From an uncultured Actinomycetota bacterium (lineage in GTDB: Bacteria; Actinomycetota; Actinomycetes; JACCUZ01), in assembly GCA_963723975.1 (NCBI GenBank), contig CAVRTI010000022.1, forward strand, positions 463,613 to 527,612: a DNA stretch of 64,000 nucleotides, given 5' to 3'. Positions within the stretch are counted from its first letter, which is position 1. Each line of letters starts with the position of its first letter. The position numbers and the translations under genes are program-made. This document shows positions 1-11,554 of the stretch, piece after piece. Below the pieces are notes generated by a model that was given only the letters and a program-made list of their open reading frames with translations, was not told the origin of the DNA and searched no databases.

Positions 1-96
1 GATCCTGCCCCCACCTGGGATAACGCCCGGCTAACGCCACCTCAGCACTGGGCCTGGTTGCCGGCCGCCTCCCTCTCGCGCCGCTACCGTCAGCGG

Positions 97-777
97 GTGG
101 CCGTGCTGCTGATCGTCGAGGACGACGCCCGGATCCGTACCGCGCTGACCCGGGCGCTGACCGAGCGCGGCCACGCCGTGGCGTCCGAGCCGGCGGCGCT
201 GCCCGGCCTGCAGCGGATCGTCGACGACCCGCCGGACCTCGTGGTGCTCGACCTCGGCCTGCCCGACGTCGACGGCATCCAGCTGCTGCGCATGCTCCGG
301 CCGGTCAGCAGCGTCCCGGTCATCGTGGCCACCGCCCGCGACGACGACGCCGCGACCGTCGCGGCCCTGGACGCGGGCGCCGACGACTACATGGTCAAGC
401 CGTTCAGCGCCGAGCAGCTGGACGCCCGGATCAGGGCGGTGCTCCGGCGCAGCGCCGCACCGGAGGCGTCGGTCCTGGAGGTGGGCGACCTGGTGGTCGA
501 CGTCCGGGCCCGTACGGCGGTGCTGGCCGGCCGGACGCTCGAGCTGCGGCCGCGGGAGTTCGACCTGCTCGCCTATCTGGCGGCCCGGCCCGGCGAGGTC
601 GTCACCAAGCGCACGCTGCTCGCCGACGTCTGGAAGTCGCCGTACGGCGGGGCGGACAAGACGGTCGACGTGCACCTGTCCTGGCTGCGCCGCAAGCTCG
701 GCGAGACGGCCGCCGAGCCGCGGATGCTGCACTCGGTGCGCGGTGTCGGGGTCAAGCTGGTCGCGGCGCCCGGATGA
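97..777 (+). CDS. OmpR/PhoB-family two-component response regulator
   Basis: ORF 58..777. Receiver motifs (LLIVEDD, VVLDLGLPDVDG, MVKPF) are followed by an OmpR-type winged helix (REFDLLAYLA...DVHLSWLRRKLG). GTG 97 gives the usual short N-terminus, but TTG 58 is possible. The stop overlaps the next start (ATGA 774-777). Confidence 0.85.
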   Translation: MAVLLIVEDDARIRTALTRALTERGHAVASEPAALPGLQRIVDDPPDLVVLDLGLPDVDGIQLLRMLRPVSSVPVIVATARDDDAATVAALDAGADDYMVKPFSAEQLDARIRAVLRRSAAPEASVLEVGDLVVDVRARTAVLAGRTLELRPREFDLLAYLAARPGEVVTKRTLLADVWKSPYGGADKTVDVHLSWLRRKLGETAAEPRMLHSVRGVGVKLVAAPG

Positions 778-2053
778 GGCGTCGGCTGGCGCTGCTCGTC
801 GCCGCCACGACCTCGGTGGTGCTGCTGGCCTTCACCCTGCCGCTGGCCGTGCTCATCGACCGGGCCGCGACCAACGCCGCGATCACGACCGCGACCGACC
901 GCAGCCAGCGGATCGTCCCGACGGTCGCCACCGGGGACGAGGCCGACGTCGCGCGGGCGGTGGCGACGGTGGCCGACCGCGACTACGTGGTGCGGGTCCG
1001 GATGCCGTCCGGCGCGCTGGTCGGCCGGCCGTTCCGCACGGCGGCACCGCCGGTCGAGGTGGACCTGCGGGCGACCGCGGTGCGGGTCCTTGCCGACGGG
1101 CGGGTGATCCTCGACCAGCCGGTCGTGCGCGAGGACGGCACGGCCGTGATCAGCACCCTGATGAGCGAGGCCGTGCTCGACGCGGGGGTCTGGCGCGCCT
1201 GGGGGGTGCTGGCCGCGCTCGCGGTGACCCTGTTCCTCCTCTCTCTGGTCGTGGCCGACCGGCTGGCCCGGTCGCTGACCCGGCCGGTCACCGAGCTCGC
1301 CACGACCGCCGAGCGGCTCGGCCGCGGCGACCTCTCGGCCCGGGTGGTGCCCGACGGCCCGGACGAGGTGCGCGAGGTGGGCCGGGCGCTGAACCGGCTG
1401 GCGGCGCGGATCGGCGAGCTGCTCGCCCCGGAGCGGGAGTCCGTGGCCGACCTCTCCCACCGGCTGCGCACCCCGGTCACCGCGCTGCGCCTGGACGCCG
1501 AGGCGCTGCCGCCGGGCGCCGACCGCGACCGGCTCGCGGCCGACGTCGACGAGCTCACCCGGCAGGTCGACGCGCTGATCCGCGAGGCCCGGCGCCCGGT
1601 GCGCGAAGGCGTCGACGCGCGCTGCGACGCCGGCGCCGTGGTCGCCGAGCGGGTGGAGTTCTGGCAGGCGCTGGCCGAGGACCAGGGGCGCGGGGTCACC
1701 TGTCGCTGCCCCCGGCACCCTGCCCGGTGCGGGCCGGTCTCGCGGACCTGGAGGCGGCCCTGGACGCGCTGCTCGGCAACGTGATCGCGCACACCCCCGA
1801 CGGCACCGGCCTGGACGTCACCCTGACTGCGGACCCGCACGGCGGCGCGCTCCTGGTGGTCACCGACGAGGGGCCGGGTTTCGCCGACGACGACGTCCTG
1901 GGCCGGGGTGTGAGCCGGGCCGGCTCGACCGGGCTGGGGCTGGACATCGCCCGGCGGACGGCCGCCGCGTCCGGCGGCGACCTGCGGATCGGCCGGTCAC
2001 CCGGCGGCGGCGCACGGGTCGTCCTGCGGCTCGGTCCGCCGGAACCGGCCTGA
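774..2053 (+). CDS. Sensor histidine kinase (TM-HAMP-HisKA-HATPase_c); reading frame interrupted near 1695
   Basis: The frame of ORF 774..1784 gives TM segments, HAMP and the H-box (ADLSHRLRTPVTAL). The frame of ORF 743..2053 gives the ATPase end (GNVIAHTP, DEGPGF, GSTGLGLDIARR). The parts join only through a 1-nt frame change at ~1690-1700. Confidence 0.8.
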
Positions 2054-2056
2054 GCA

Positions 2057-3025
2057 TCAGAAGGGCAGCAGCGGGTCGATCGCGACGGCGAGGAACAGCA
2101 GGGTCAGGTAGGTGATCGAGCCGTGGAAGAGCCGCATGGCACCGGCCTCGACCGACGGCCCGGCCGGCGGGTGCCCCCCGGCCTCGGCGCGGGCCCGGCG
2201 CAGCAGCAGGTGGGCCTCGCGGAGGAAGGCGGCGCCGAGCAGCAGGGCAGCGGCGCCGTAGAACGGCGTCGTCCCGGCCACCGGCCACAGCAGCAGCGAG
2301 GTGGCGACCATCACCCAGCTGTAGGCCACGATCTGCCGGCCCACCGTGAGGTTGCCGGCGACGACCGGGAGCATCGGCACCCCGGCCGCCGCGTAGTCGT
2401 CGCGGAACCGCATCGACAGCGGCCAGTAGTGCGGAGGCGTCCAGAAGAAGATGACCGCGAAGAGCACGACCGGCGTCCAGGACAGCGAGCCGGTGACGGC
2501 CGACCAGCCGATCAGGACCGGCATGCAGCCGGCGGCGCCGCCCCACACGATGTTCTGCGGGGTGCGCCGCTTGAGCGCCATCGTGTAGACGCCGACGTAG
2601 AACGCGATCGCCGCGAGCGCGAGCACGGCGGGCAGCCAGCCGGTGGTCACCGCGAGCCAGGCGACGGCAACGACGCCCAGCACCCCGCCGAAGACGAGCG
2701 CCTCGCGCGGGCTCACCAGACCGGTGGCCAGCGGCCGCCGCTCGGTGCGGTGCATGACCTGGTCGATGTCGCGGTCGAGGTAGCAGTTCAGGGTGTTGGC
2801 GCTGCCCGCCGCCAGCGCGCCGCCGACCAGCGTGGCCGCCACCAGGGTCAGCGACGGGACGCCGCCCTCGGCCAGCAGCATCGTCGGGACGGTGGTGACG
2901 AGCAGCAGCTCGATGATGCGCGGCTTGGTGAGAGCGACGTATCCCGGACACGCCTGCCGGGTGGTCCGACGAGGCCGGCTGACGACCTGCAACGCCGCTC
3001 CGCGGCGTGAGTCGACGGCCGTCAC
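2057..3025 (-). CDS. ctaB: Protoheme IX farnesyltransferase (heme O synthase)
   Basis: This is the last 322 codons of ORF 2057..4528 (-). It is a multi-TM UbiA-family protein with NCYLDRDID and FFWTPPHYW motifs and a GTG start at 3025. The rest of the long ORF is antisense to tkt. Confidence 0.9.
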   Translation of the reverse strand: MTAVDSRRGAALQVVSRPRRTTRQACPGYVALTKPRIIELLLVTTVPTMLLAEGGVPSLTLVAATLVGGALAAGSANTLNCYLDRDIDQVMHRTERRPLATGLVSPREALVFGGVLGVVAVAWLAVTTGWLPAVLALAAIAFYVGVYTMALKRRTPQNIVWGGAAGCMPVLIGWSAVTGSLSWTPVVLFAVIFFWTPPHYWPLSMRFRDDYAAAGVPMLPVVAGNLTVGRQIVAYSWVMVATSLLLWPVAGTTPFYGAAALLLGAAFLREAHLLLRRARAEAGGHPPAGPSVEAGAMRLFHGSITYLTLLFLAVAIDPLLPF

Positions 3026-3184
3026 ACGAACCTCTTCGTCCTGGCTGGTCGGGCGGTGCGTTGGTGCGTCCGGCCCTCGGGCAGCCCCACTGTATCCGTC
3101 GGCGAAACGGCCGGGAGTCGCGCGGGTAGGCTCGCGTCGCAGTTCCTCTAGGCCGCCGTCGTCACGTCGAAGGAGCCCCGACCT

Positions 3185-5302
3185 GTGAGCACGCCGAAGC
3201 TCGAGTGGACCGACCTCGACAAGCGGGCGGTGGACACCGTCCGGACGCTGGCCATGGACGCGGTCCAGAAGGTCGGCAACGGTCATCCCGGTACGGCGAT
3301 GAGCCTCGCGCCCGCGGCGTACCTGCTGTTCCAGCGCTACCTGCGGCACGACCCCACCGACCCGGACTGGGCCGGTCGCGACCGGTTCGTCCTGTCCGCC
3401 GGGCACTCCAGCCTGACGCTGTACCTCCAGCTCTACCTCTCCGGCTACGGCCTGGGGCTCGACGACCTCAAGCAGCTGCGCACCTGGGGCTCGCTCACCC
3501 CCGGCCACCCCGAGCACGGGCACACCGCCGGCGTCGAGACCACGACCGGCCCGCTGGGCCAGGGCGTCGGCAACGCGGTCGGCATGGCGATGGCCGCCCG
3601 CCGCGAGCGCGGCCTGCTCGACCCGGACGCCGCGCCCGGCGAGAGCCTCTTCGACCACAGCATCTGGTGCATCGCCTCCGACGGCGACATCCAGGAGGGC
3701 GTGTCCAGCGAGGCGTCGTCGCTGGCCGGCACCCAGCGGCTGGGCAACCTGGTCCTGCTCTACGACGACAACCACATCTCGATCGAGGACGACACCACGA
3801 TCGCGCTGTCCGAGGACACCGTCGCCCGGTACGAGGCCTACGGCTGGCACGTCCAGCGCGTCGACTGGCTCTCCGACGGCGGGAAGTACGCCGAGAACGT
3901 GCAGGCGCTCGCGGCCGCCTTCGACGCGGCCAAGGCGGTCACCGACCGGCCGTCGTTCATCGCTCTGCGCACCATCATCGCCTGGCCGGCGCCGAACGCG
4001 CAGAACACCGGCAAGGCGCACGGCAGCGCGCTCGGCGACGACGAGGTCAAGGCGACCAAGAAGGCGCTCGGCATGAACCCCGACCTGAGCTTCGACGTCG
4101 ACCCCGAGGTCCTCGCGCACGCCCGCCAGGTCGTCGACCGGGGCCGGGCGCCGCACGCCGAGTGGGACGAGGCGTTCGCCGCGTGGGCCGAGGCCAACCC
4201 CGACGGCAAGGCGCTGCTGCGACCGGATGTCGACCCGCACGCTGCCCGAGGGCTGGCACGACGCGCTGCCGGAGTTCCCGGCCGACGCCAAGGGGATGGC
4301 CACCCGCAAGGCGTCCGGCAACGTGCTGGAGAAGATCGCCCCGGTGCTGCCGGAGCTGTGGGGCGGGTCGGCCGACCTCGCCGAGTCCAACAACACGACG
4401 CCCAAGGGCGAGCCGTCCTTCCTGCCCGAGGACCGCCAGTCCAAGGAGTTCCCGGGCGGCCCGTACGGCCGGGTGCTGCACTTCGGCATCCGCGAGCACG
4501 CGATGGGCTCGATCATGAACGGCATCACGCTGCACGGCGGTACCCGCGTCTACGGCGGCACCTTCCTGGTGTTCAGCGACTACATGCGCCCGGCGGTGCG
4601 GCTCGCGGCGCTGATGAAGCTGCCCGTCACCTACGTCTGGACCCACGACTCGATCGGCCTCGGCGAGGACGGCCCGACCCACCAGCCGATCGAGCACCTC
4701 GCGGCGCTGCGGGCCATCCCCGGCCTCGACGTGGTCCGCCCGGCCGACGCCAACGAGACCGTCGTCGCCTGGCGCACGATCCTCGGGCACACCGACCGGC
4801 CGGCCGGGCTGTGCCTGAGCCGGCAGGACCTGCCGATCTGGGACCGGTCGACGTTCGGCTCGGCCGACGGCACGGCCCGCGGCGGCTACGTCCTGGCCGA
4901 CGCCTCCGACGGCCAGCCGCAGGTGATCCTGATCGCGCACCGGCTCCGAGGTGCAGCTCGCGATGGCCGCCCGGGAGCACCCTGGAGGCCGAGGGCACTC
5001 CCACCCGGGTCGTGTCGATGCCGTGCGTCGAGTGGTTCCACGAGCAGGACACCGCCTACCGGCAGCAGGTGCTGCCGAGCGGGGTCAAGGCCCGGGTCAG
5101 CGTCGAGGCAGCGGTGGCGATGGGCTGGCGCGACCTCGTCGGGGACGCCGGCGAGATCGTGAGCATCGAGCATTTCGGCGCCAGCGCCGCGCACACCGTG
5201 CTGTTCGAGCAGTTCGGCTTCACGCCCGACCGGGTCGTCGCCGCCGCGCACGCCTCGCTGGAACGGGTGGGCGTCATCACCGGCAGCACCACCGGCAACT
5301 GA
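3185..5302 (+). CDS. tkt: Transketolase; three +1 frame changes as sequenced (~4220, ~4937, ~4982)
   Basis: Conserved blocks are [24 protein letters not shown] and [21 protein letters not shown]. They are spread over ORFs 3185.., 4227..5162, 4951.. and back to the 3185 frame (…[13 protein letters not shown]…). SD GAAGGAG lies upstream of GTG 3185. Confidence 0.9.
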   Translation: MSTPKLEWTDLDKRAVDTVRTLAMDAVQKVGNGHPGTAMSLAPAAYLLFQRYLRHDPTDPDWAGRDRFVLSAGHSSLTLYLQLYLSGYGLGLDDLKQLRTWGSLTPGHPEHGHTAGVETTTGPLGQGVGNAVGMAMAARRERGLLDPDAAPGESLFDHSIWCIASDGDIQEGVSSEASSLAGTQRLGNLVLLYDDNHISIEDDTTIALSEDTVARYEAYGWHVQRVDWLSDGGKYAENVQALAAAFDAAKAVTDRPSFIALRTIIAWPAPNAQNTGKAHGSALGDDEVKATKKALGMNPDLSFDVDPEVLAHARQVVDRGRAPHAEWDEAFAAWAEANPDGKALLRPDVDPHAARGLARRAAGVPGRRQGDGHPQGVRQRAGEDRPGAAGAVGRVGRPRRVQQHDAQGRAVLPARGPPVQGVPGRPVRPGAALRHPRARDGLDHERHHAARRYPRLRRHLPGVQRLHAPGGAARGADEAARHLRLDPRLDRPRRGRPDPPADRAPRGAAGHPRPRRGPPGRRQRDRRRLAHDPRAHRPAGRAVPEPAGPADLGPVDVRLGRRHGPRRLRPGRRLRRPAAGDPDRAPAPRCSSRWPPGSTLEAEGTPTRVVSMPCVEWFHEQDTAYRQQVLPSGVKARVSVEAAVAMGWRDLVGDAGEIVSIEHFGASAAHTVLFEQFGFTPDRVVAAAHASLERVGVITGSTTGN

Positions 5303-5345
5303 CCTACCGGTACTCCGACCGACACACGACCGAGGGAGCAGGACC

Positions 5346-6470
5346 ATGACAGACCCCCTGCGCCAGCTCTCCGACGAGGGCGTGGCGATCTGGCTCGACG
5401 ACATGAGCCGAGGTCGCCTCACCACCGGCAACCTGGCCGACCTGATCCGCGACAGGTACGTCGTCGGCGTCACCACCAACCCGACGATCTTCCAGAAGGC
5501 GATCAGCGACAGCGAGCTCTACGACCGGCAGCTGCGCGACCTCGTCGGTCCGCGGCGTCGACGTCGAGGAGGGCGTCCGCATGATCACCACGATGGACGT
5601 CCGCTGGGGCTGCGACGTGCTGCGCCCGGTGTACGACGCCAGCGGCGGCGTCGACGGCCGGGTCTCCATCGAGGTCGACCCCCGGCTGGCCCAGGACGCC
5701 GAGCGGACCGTGGCCGAGGCCCGGCAGCTGTGGTGGCTGGTCGACCGGCCGAACCTGTTCATCAAGATCCCCGCCACCAGGGCGAGCCTGCCGGCGATCT
5801 CGCAGTGCCTGGCCGAGGGCATCAGCGTCAACGTCACGCTGATCTTCTCGATCGAGCGCTACCGCGCCGTCATGGACGCGTTCATCGACGGCATGGAGCG
5901 GGCCCGGGTCGCCGGTCACGACCTCACCAACCTCGCGTCGGTGGCGTCGTTCTTCGTCAGCCGGGTCGACACCGAGGTCGACAAGCGGCTGGAGAAGCTC
6001 GGGCTCCGCCGAGGCCGGCGAGCTGCGCGGCAAGGCGGCGATCGCCAACGCCCGGCTCGCCTTCCAGGCCTACGAGGAGGTCTTCGGCGGCGAGCGCTGG
6101 TCCGCGCTGGCAGGCGGCAGGCGCCAAGCCGCAGCGGCCGCTGTGGGCATCCACCGGCGTCAAGGACCCGGCGTACGACGACACGATGTACGTCGTCGAC
6201 CTGGTCGCCCCCGGCGTGGTGAACACGATGCCCGAGGCGACGCTGGACGCGGTGGCCGACCACGGCGTGATCCGCGGCGACACGGTCCGTGGCGAGTACG
6301 CGTCGGCGGCCGCCACGATGAAGGCGCTGGCCGACGTCGGCATCGACATGGACGACGTCGTCGACGTGCTCGAGGTCGAGGCCGTCGAGAAGTTCGAGAC
6401 GTCGTGGAACGAGCTGCTCGAGTCGACCAAGGCCGAGCTGGAGCGGCTCGCGAAGGCGGACAGCCAGTGA
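5346..6470 (+). CDS. tal: Transaldolase (long actinobacterial type); frame changes ~5548, ~6005, ~6114
   Basis: Motifs are [19 protein letters not shown] and NLFIKIPAT (Schiff-base Lys context). Pieces lie in ORFs 5346.., 5581..6222, 6143.. and the end of 5346..6470. Confidence 0.88.
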   Translation: MTDPLRQLSDEGVAIWLDDMSRGRLTTGNLADLIRDRYVVGVTTNPTIFQKAISDSELYDRQLRDLVGPRRRRRGGRPHDHHDGRPLGLRRAAPGVRRQRRRRRPGLHRGRPPAGPGRRADRGRGPAAVVAGRPAEPVHQDPRHQGEPAGDLAVPGRGHQRQRHADLLDRALPRRHGRVHRRHGAGPGRRSRPHQPRVGGVVLRQPGRHRGRQAAGEARAPPRPASCAARRRSPTPGSPSRPTRRSSAASAGPRWQAAGAKPQRPLWASTGVKDPAYDDTMYVVDLVAPGVVNTMPEATLDAVADHGVIRGDTVRGEYASAAATMKALADVGIDMDDVVDVLEVEAVEKFETSWNELLESTKAELERLAKADSQ

Positions 6471-8066
6471 GCGTGACCGTCCAGGTCGCGGACGAGGGCG
6501 GCGGGCGCCTGGACGGCCTGGCGGCCCGGCTGGTCGCCAAGGACCCGACCCTGTGGGGTCCCGAGGCGCGGCCCGAGGCGGAGCACCGGCTCGGCTGGCT
6601 CGACCTGCCGCAGACCTCGCAGGAGCTGCTGCCCCAGCTGCGCGAGCTGAAGGAGCGGCTGTCGGCCCGAGGCATCGACCACGTGGTGCTGGCCGGCATG
6701 GGCGGTTCGTCGCTGGCTCCCGAGGTCATCACCCGCACCGCCGGCGCCGACCTCACGATCCTCGACAGCACCGACCCGCACCAGGTCGGCGCTGCGCTGG
6801 CCGACCGGATCGACCGCACCGTGCTGGTCGTGGCGTCCAAGAGCGGCAGCACGATCGAGACCGACAGCCATCGCCGCGCCTACGAGCAGGCCTTCCGGGA
6901 CGCCGGCCTCACCGCCGCCGAGCTGGCCGAGCGCATCGTCGTCGTCACCGACCCGGGTTCGCCGCTGCACCGGGAGGCCACCGGGGCCGGCTACACCGTG
7001 GTGCTCGCCGACCCCGACGTCGGCGGCCGCTACAGCGCGCTCTCGGCGTTCGGCCTCACCCCGAGCCACCTCGCGGGCGCCGACGTGCAGCGGCTGCTGG
7101 CCGACGCCCGGGTGCTCGCGGGCGAGCTCGGGGAGGACGACAACCCCGGCATCAGGCTGGGCCGCGCCCTCGGCAACGCCGCCAAGGCAGGTCGGGACAA
7201 GCTGGTGCTGGCCGACGCCGGCTCCGGCATCGTCGGTTTCGGCGACTGGGCCGAGCAGCTGGTGGCCGAGTCGACCGGCAAGCTGGGCACCGGGATCCTG
7301 CCGGTCGTCGTCGAGGGCATCGACGCGCCCGGCTTCGTCGACGCCGGGCCCGACGCCTACCGCGTGATCCTCGGGCCGGGCCGACCTGGTGTCGAGGCAG
7401 CGGCGGTCAGCGGGTCGCTGGGTGCGCAGCTCCTGCTCTGGGAGTACGCCACCGCGGTCGTCGGCGTGATCCTCGGGATCAACCCCTTCGACCAGCCGAA
7501 CGTGGCCGAGTCGAAGGAGAACACCAGCAAGATCCTGGACGAGTCCGGCGACGGGCCGCTGCCGGAGGGCCGGCCCGTCGCTGGTCGACGGGGCGGTCGA
7601 GGTACATGCCGATCTCGCCGCGCTCGGCTCCCCCACCGACCTCGCCGGCGTGCTCGCGGCCCTGCGCGACCTGGTCGCCGACGACGGGTACCTCGCGGTG
7701 ATGGCCTACCTCGACCGGCACGGTGACGGCGACGCCGCCGGCGTACGTGCCCGGCTCGCGGCAGGGACCCACGGCCGCCCGGTGACCTTCGGCTGGGCCC
7801 CGAGGTTCCTGCACTCGACCGGCCAGTTCCACAAGGGTGGCCCGCAGACCGGAGTGTTCCTGCAGGTCACCGGCGCGGTCACCCACGACGTCGACGTCCC
7901 CGGCCGTCCGTTCACCTTCGGTCGGCTGCAGATGGCCCAGGCGCTCGGTGACCAGCGGGCGCTGGCCGAGCGCGGTCGCCCGGTGGTCCGGCTGCACCTG
8001 ACCGACCGGGCGGCCGGCGTCCGCCAGCTGCTGGATGCCGCCGCGGCCGGGGGGCCCGGCACATGA
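6467..8066 (+). CDS. pgi: Glucose-6-phosphate isomerase (SIS-type); frame change ~7572
   Basis: GTG 6467 overlaps the tal stop (GTGA). Motifs are [23 protein letters not shown] and [11 protein letters not shown]. The C-terminal 138 aa are in ORF 7650..8066 (…[18 protein letters not shown]…). Confidence 0.85.
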
Positions 8067-9646
8067 CAGCGAGCTACCCACCGCTGACGGACATCCCGCC
8101 GGAGGACGCTCCGCCGTACCTCGTGCCGGCCCGGAACCCGCTGCGCGACGTCCGGGACCGCCGGCTGCCGCGGGTCCCGGGGCCGTGCGCGCTCGTCGTC
8201 TTCGGCGTCACCGGCGACCTGGCCCGCAAGAAGCTCATCCCGGCGGTCTACGACCTGGCCAACCGCGGCCTGCTGCCGCCGGGGTTCGCCATGGTGGGCT
8301 TCGCCCGCCGCGACTGGGGCGACGGTGACTTCGCCGCGCTGGCCCGGTCCGCCGCCGAGGAAGGGGCCCGGACCGGGTTCCGCGAGGACGTGTGGCAGCG
8401 CCTGTCCGACAGCATCCGCTTCGTGCCCGGGTCGTTCGACGACGACGACGCCTTCGACACCCTCGCCTCGACGCTGATCGAGATGGAGGAGTCGCACGGG
8501 ATCCAGGGCAACGCCGCGTTCTACCTGTCGATCCCGCCGGTCATGTTCCCGGTCGTGCTCAAGCAGATGCGGCGCACCCGGATGGCCGACAACTCCGACC
8601 GCGGCGGCTGGCGCCGGGTCGTCATCGAGAAGCCGTTCGGCAACGACCTGCAGAGCGCGAAGGACCTCAACCGTCTCGTGGACGAGGTGTTCACCCCGCA
8701 GGACGTCTTCCGGATCGACCACTACCTCGGCAAGGAGACGGTGCAGAACCTGTTGGCGCTGCGCTTCGCCAACACGCTGTTCGAGCCGGTGTGGAACGGG
8801 AACTTCGTCGACTCGGTGCAGATCACGATGGCCGAGGACGTCGGCATCGGCAGCCGGGCGGGCTTCTACGACACCGCTGGTGCGGCCCGCGACGTGATGC
8901 AGAACCACGTTCTGCAGCTGCTGGCGCTCACCGCCATGGAGGAGCCGGTCGCCTTCGACGCCGAGGCGATCCGCACCGAGAAGACCAAGGTGCTGGGGGC
9001 TATCGAGCTGCCCGCGGACCTCGAGCAGTACGCGGTGCGCGGGCAGTACGACCAGGGCTGGCTCGGCGGCCAGCGGGTGGTGTCCTACGTCGACGAGGAG
9101 AACGTCCCGAAGAGCTCGACCACCGAGACCTTCGCAGCGGTCCGGCTCAACGTCGAGACCCGCCGGTGGGCCGGGGTCCCGTTCTACCTGCGCACCGGCA
9201 AGCGGCTCCCCCGCCGGGTCACCGAGATCGCGGTGGTGTTCAAGAAGGCGCCGCACCTGCCGTTCGCCAAGACGGACACCGAGGAGCTGGGCCACAACCA
9301 GCTCGTCATCCGGGTGCAGCCCGACGAGGGCGTGACGCTGCGGTTCGGCTCCAAGGTGCCGGGGTCGGCGATGGAGGTCCGGGACGTGTCGATGGACTTC
9401 CTGTACGGCGAGGCGTTCACGGAGTCGTCGCCGGAGGCGTACGAGCGGTTGCTCCTCGACGTCCTGATCGGCGACGCCACCCTCTTCCCGCGCAACGAGG
9501 AGGTCGAGCTGTCCTGGATGGTCATCGACCCGCTCGAGGCGTTCTGGGCCGGCAGCAAGCCCGAGCTGTACCGCGCCGGCGAGTGGGGACCCCGGGGTGC
9601 CGACGAGATGCTGGCCCGCGACGGCCGGGTCTGGAGGCGACCGTAG
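8063..9646 (+). CDS. zwf: Glucose-6-phosphate 1-dehydrogenase
   Basis: Intact 527-aa ORF with the NADP site VVFGVTGDLARKKL and the active-site block RIDHYLGKE. ATGA overlap with the pgi stop. Confidence 0.95.
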   Translation: MTASYPPLTDIPPEDAPPYLVPARNPLRDVRDRRLPRVPGPCALVVFGVTGDLARKKLIPAVYDLANRGLLPPGFAMVGFARRDWGDGDFAALARSAAEEGARTGFREDVWQRLSDSIRFVPGSFDDDDAFDTLASTLIEMEESHGIQGNAAFYLSIPPVMFPVVLKQMRRTRMADNSDRGGWRRVVIEKPFGNDLQSAKDLNRLVDEVFTPQDVFRIDHYLGKETVQNLLALRFANTLFEPVWNGNFVDSVQITMAEDVGIGSRAGFYDTAGAARDVMQNHVLQLLALTAMEEPVAFDAEAIRTEKTKVLGAIELPADLEQYAVRGQYDQGWLGGQRVVSYVDEENVPKSSTTETFAAVRLNVETRRWAGVPFYLRTGKRLPRRVTEIAVVFKKAPHLPFAKTDTEELGHNQLVIRVQPDEGVTLRFGSKVPGSAMEVRDVSMDFLYGEAFTESSPEAYERLLLDVLIGDATLFPRNEEVELSWMVIDPLEAFWAGSKPELYRAGEWGPRGADEMLARDGRVWRRP

Positions 9647-10747
9647 ATGAGCACGATCCTGTGGGACACCAACGGTGCCGAGATCGTCAAGACCCTCTCC
9701 GCCGAGCGCCGTGCTGCGGGTGCCCTCGCCTCCGGGATGGCGCTGACCCTCATCGTCGTCACCACCGAGGAGTTCGCCGAGGAGGCGCAGCGAGGCAGCC
9801 ACGACGGCGGCCGCCGCGCACCCGTGCCGGCTGCTCGTCGTCGTCCGCCGGCGGGTCGACGCCGACGACCGGCTGGACGCGGAGGTGCAGGTGGGGGGTC
9901 GGCTGGGCGCCAACGAAGCCGTGGTCATGCGGATGTACGGGCGGCTGACGCTGCACGCCGAGTCGGTCGTGCTCCCGCTGCTGGCCTCCGACGCCCCGGT
10001 CGTGACCTGGTGGCACGGCGAGACACCGGAGAAGCTCGCCCACGACGCGCTCGGCGTGCTCGCCGGCCGCCGGGTCACCGACGCCGCCGCCGACCCCGAC
10101 CCGATGGCTGCCCTCAAGCGCCGGGCCAGGGACTACGCCCCCGGCGACACCGACCTGGCCTGGACCCGGGCCACCCCGTGGCGGGCGCTGCTGGCCTCCG
10201 CGTTCGACGACATGATCGACGTCGCGACCTCGGCCGAGGTCCGGTCACCACGAGGCAACCCGAGCGCCGCCCTGGTCGCGGGCTGGCTGACCGCCCGACT
10301 GGGCATCCGGGTGCGGCAGGCCGAGTCCGACGGGCCGGGCATCACCGCGGTGGAGGTGACGTTCGGGGCCCGCGACAAGCTGCGGATCGACCGCCCGGAC
10401 GGCTACCTCGCGACACTGTCGCGACCGGGCATCACCGACCGTCAGCTGCCGCTCAAGCGGCGTGACCTGGGCGAGCTGCTCTCCGAGGAGCTGCGCCGGC
10501 TGGACGCCGACCAGCCCTACGCCGATGCGCTCTCGGTCGTCACCGGCGAGAAGGACCTCGACAGCCGCCCGCCGATGCGCACCCTGGTCTGGAAGGACCC
10601 AGCCCGGTCGAACCGCAGGGCGGCTGCCGGCACGAAGACGGCCACGAAGAAGCCGGCCACAAGGCCACCGCCAAGAAGGCCACCGCGAAGAAGGCGGCCG
10701 CCAAGTCGGGGGCGAAGAAGGCCGTCGCCCGGAGGCGCAGCTCGTGA
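9647..10747 (+). CDS. opcA: Glucose-6-phosphate dehydrogenase assembly protein OpcA; frame changes ~9797 and ~10660; Lys/Ala-rich C-terminal tail
   Basis: ATG 9647 immediately follows the zwf stop. OpcA-like sequence runs through ORF 9647.. and ORF 9885.. (…HPCRLLVV…VVTWWHGE…). The last frame ends …AKKATAKKAAAKSGAKKAVARRRSS with TGA at 10745-10747. Confidence 0.8.
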
Positions 10748-11523
10748 GCACCCCTACCGTCATCGTCCACCGCGACCCGGCCGAGCTCGCGGCCGCCGTC
10801 GCCGCACGGCTGATCACCCGGCTGGTGGACGTCCAGTCCTCCCGCGGCGTGGCATCGCTGGTGCTCACCGGTGGCTCCATCGCGAGCTCGACGCTGGAGG
10901 CGGTCGCGGGGTCCTCGGCCCGCGGCGCGGTCGACTGGTCGAACCTGGACCTGTGGTGGGGCGACGAGCGGTTCCTGCCCTCGGGCGACCCGCAGCGCAA
11001 CGAGACCCTGGCGCGCGAGGCACTGCTCGACACGGTCCCGGTCGACCAGGCGCGGGTGCACCCCATGCCGCCCAGCGACGGTCAGGACGGTGCCGACCCG
11101 GACGCCGCCGCGGCGCGTTACGCCGACGAGCTCCGCCGCGCGGCCCGGCCCGAGGACCACGGTCCGGCCCCCTCGTTCGACATCTGCCTGCTCGGCGTCG
11201 GACCGGACGGGCACATCGCCTCGCTGTTCCCCGAGCATCCCGGGCTCTATGACGACCGCCCGGTGTTCGCCGTCCGGAACTCCCCCAAGCCACCGCCGAC
11301 CCGCATCACGCTGGGCTTCGAGGTGATCCAGGGCTCCCGGGAGGTCTGGGCCGTGGTGGCCGGCGAGGACAAGGCGAAGGCCGTCGCCCTGGCGCTCTCC
11401 GGGGCCGGCCAGACGCAGGTGCCCGCCGCCGCAGCGCAGGGCCGGGACCGCACGCTCTGGCTGCTCGACAAGGCGGCGGCCGGCCGGCTGCCGGCCACCC
11501 TCGGCCGGATCGCGTCTCCCTAG
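10744..11523 (+). CDS. pgl: 6-phosphogluconolactonase
   Basis: GTG 10744 overlaps the opcA stop (GTGA). DevB/Pgl motifs are LVLTGGS, WWGDERF and FDICLLGVGPDGHIASLFP. This is the C-terminal part of ORF 10462..11523. Confidence 0.9.
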   Translation: MSTPTVIVHRDPAELAAAVAARLITRLVDVQSSRGVASLVLTGGSIASSTLEAVAGSSARGAVDWSNLDLWWGDERFLPSGDPQRNETLAREALLDTVPVDQARVHPMPPSDGQDGADPDAAAARYADELRRAARPEDHGPAPSFDICLLGVGPDGHIASLFPEHPGLYDDRPVFAVRNSPKPPPTRITLGFEVIQGSREVWAVVAGEDKAKAVALALSGAGQTQVPAAAAQGRDRTLWLLDKAAAGRLPATLGRIASP

Positions 11524-11539
11524 ACCCGGGCCCTCGTCC

Positions 11540-11554
11540 TAGGCTGGCAGCATG
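11540..11554 (+). promoter_or_regulatory. Candidate -10 hexamer TAGGCT placed 6 nt before ATG 11552 (possible leaderless transcript)
   Basis: TAGGCT (TANNNT) sits at 11540-11545, followed by GGCAGC and then ATG. No Shine-Dalgarno purine run lies in the 28-nt gap after pgl. Confidence 0.3.

Noticed and set aside
2057-4528. An 823-aa ORF on the minus strand that would extend ctaB far upstream.
   Set aside because: Only the last 322 codons (from GTG 3025) are UbiA-type membrane protein. The rest is antisense to transketolase and looks like a shadow ORF.
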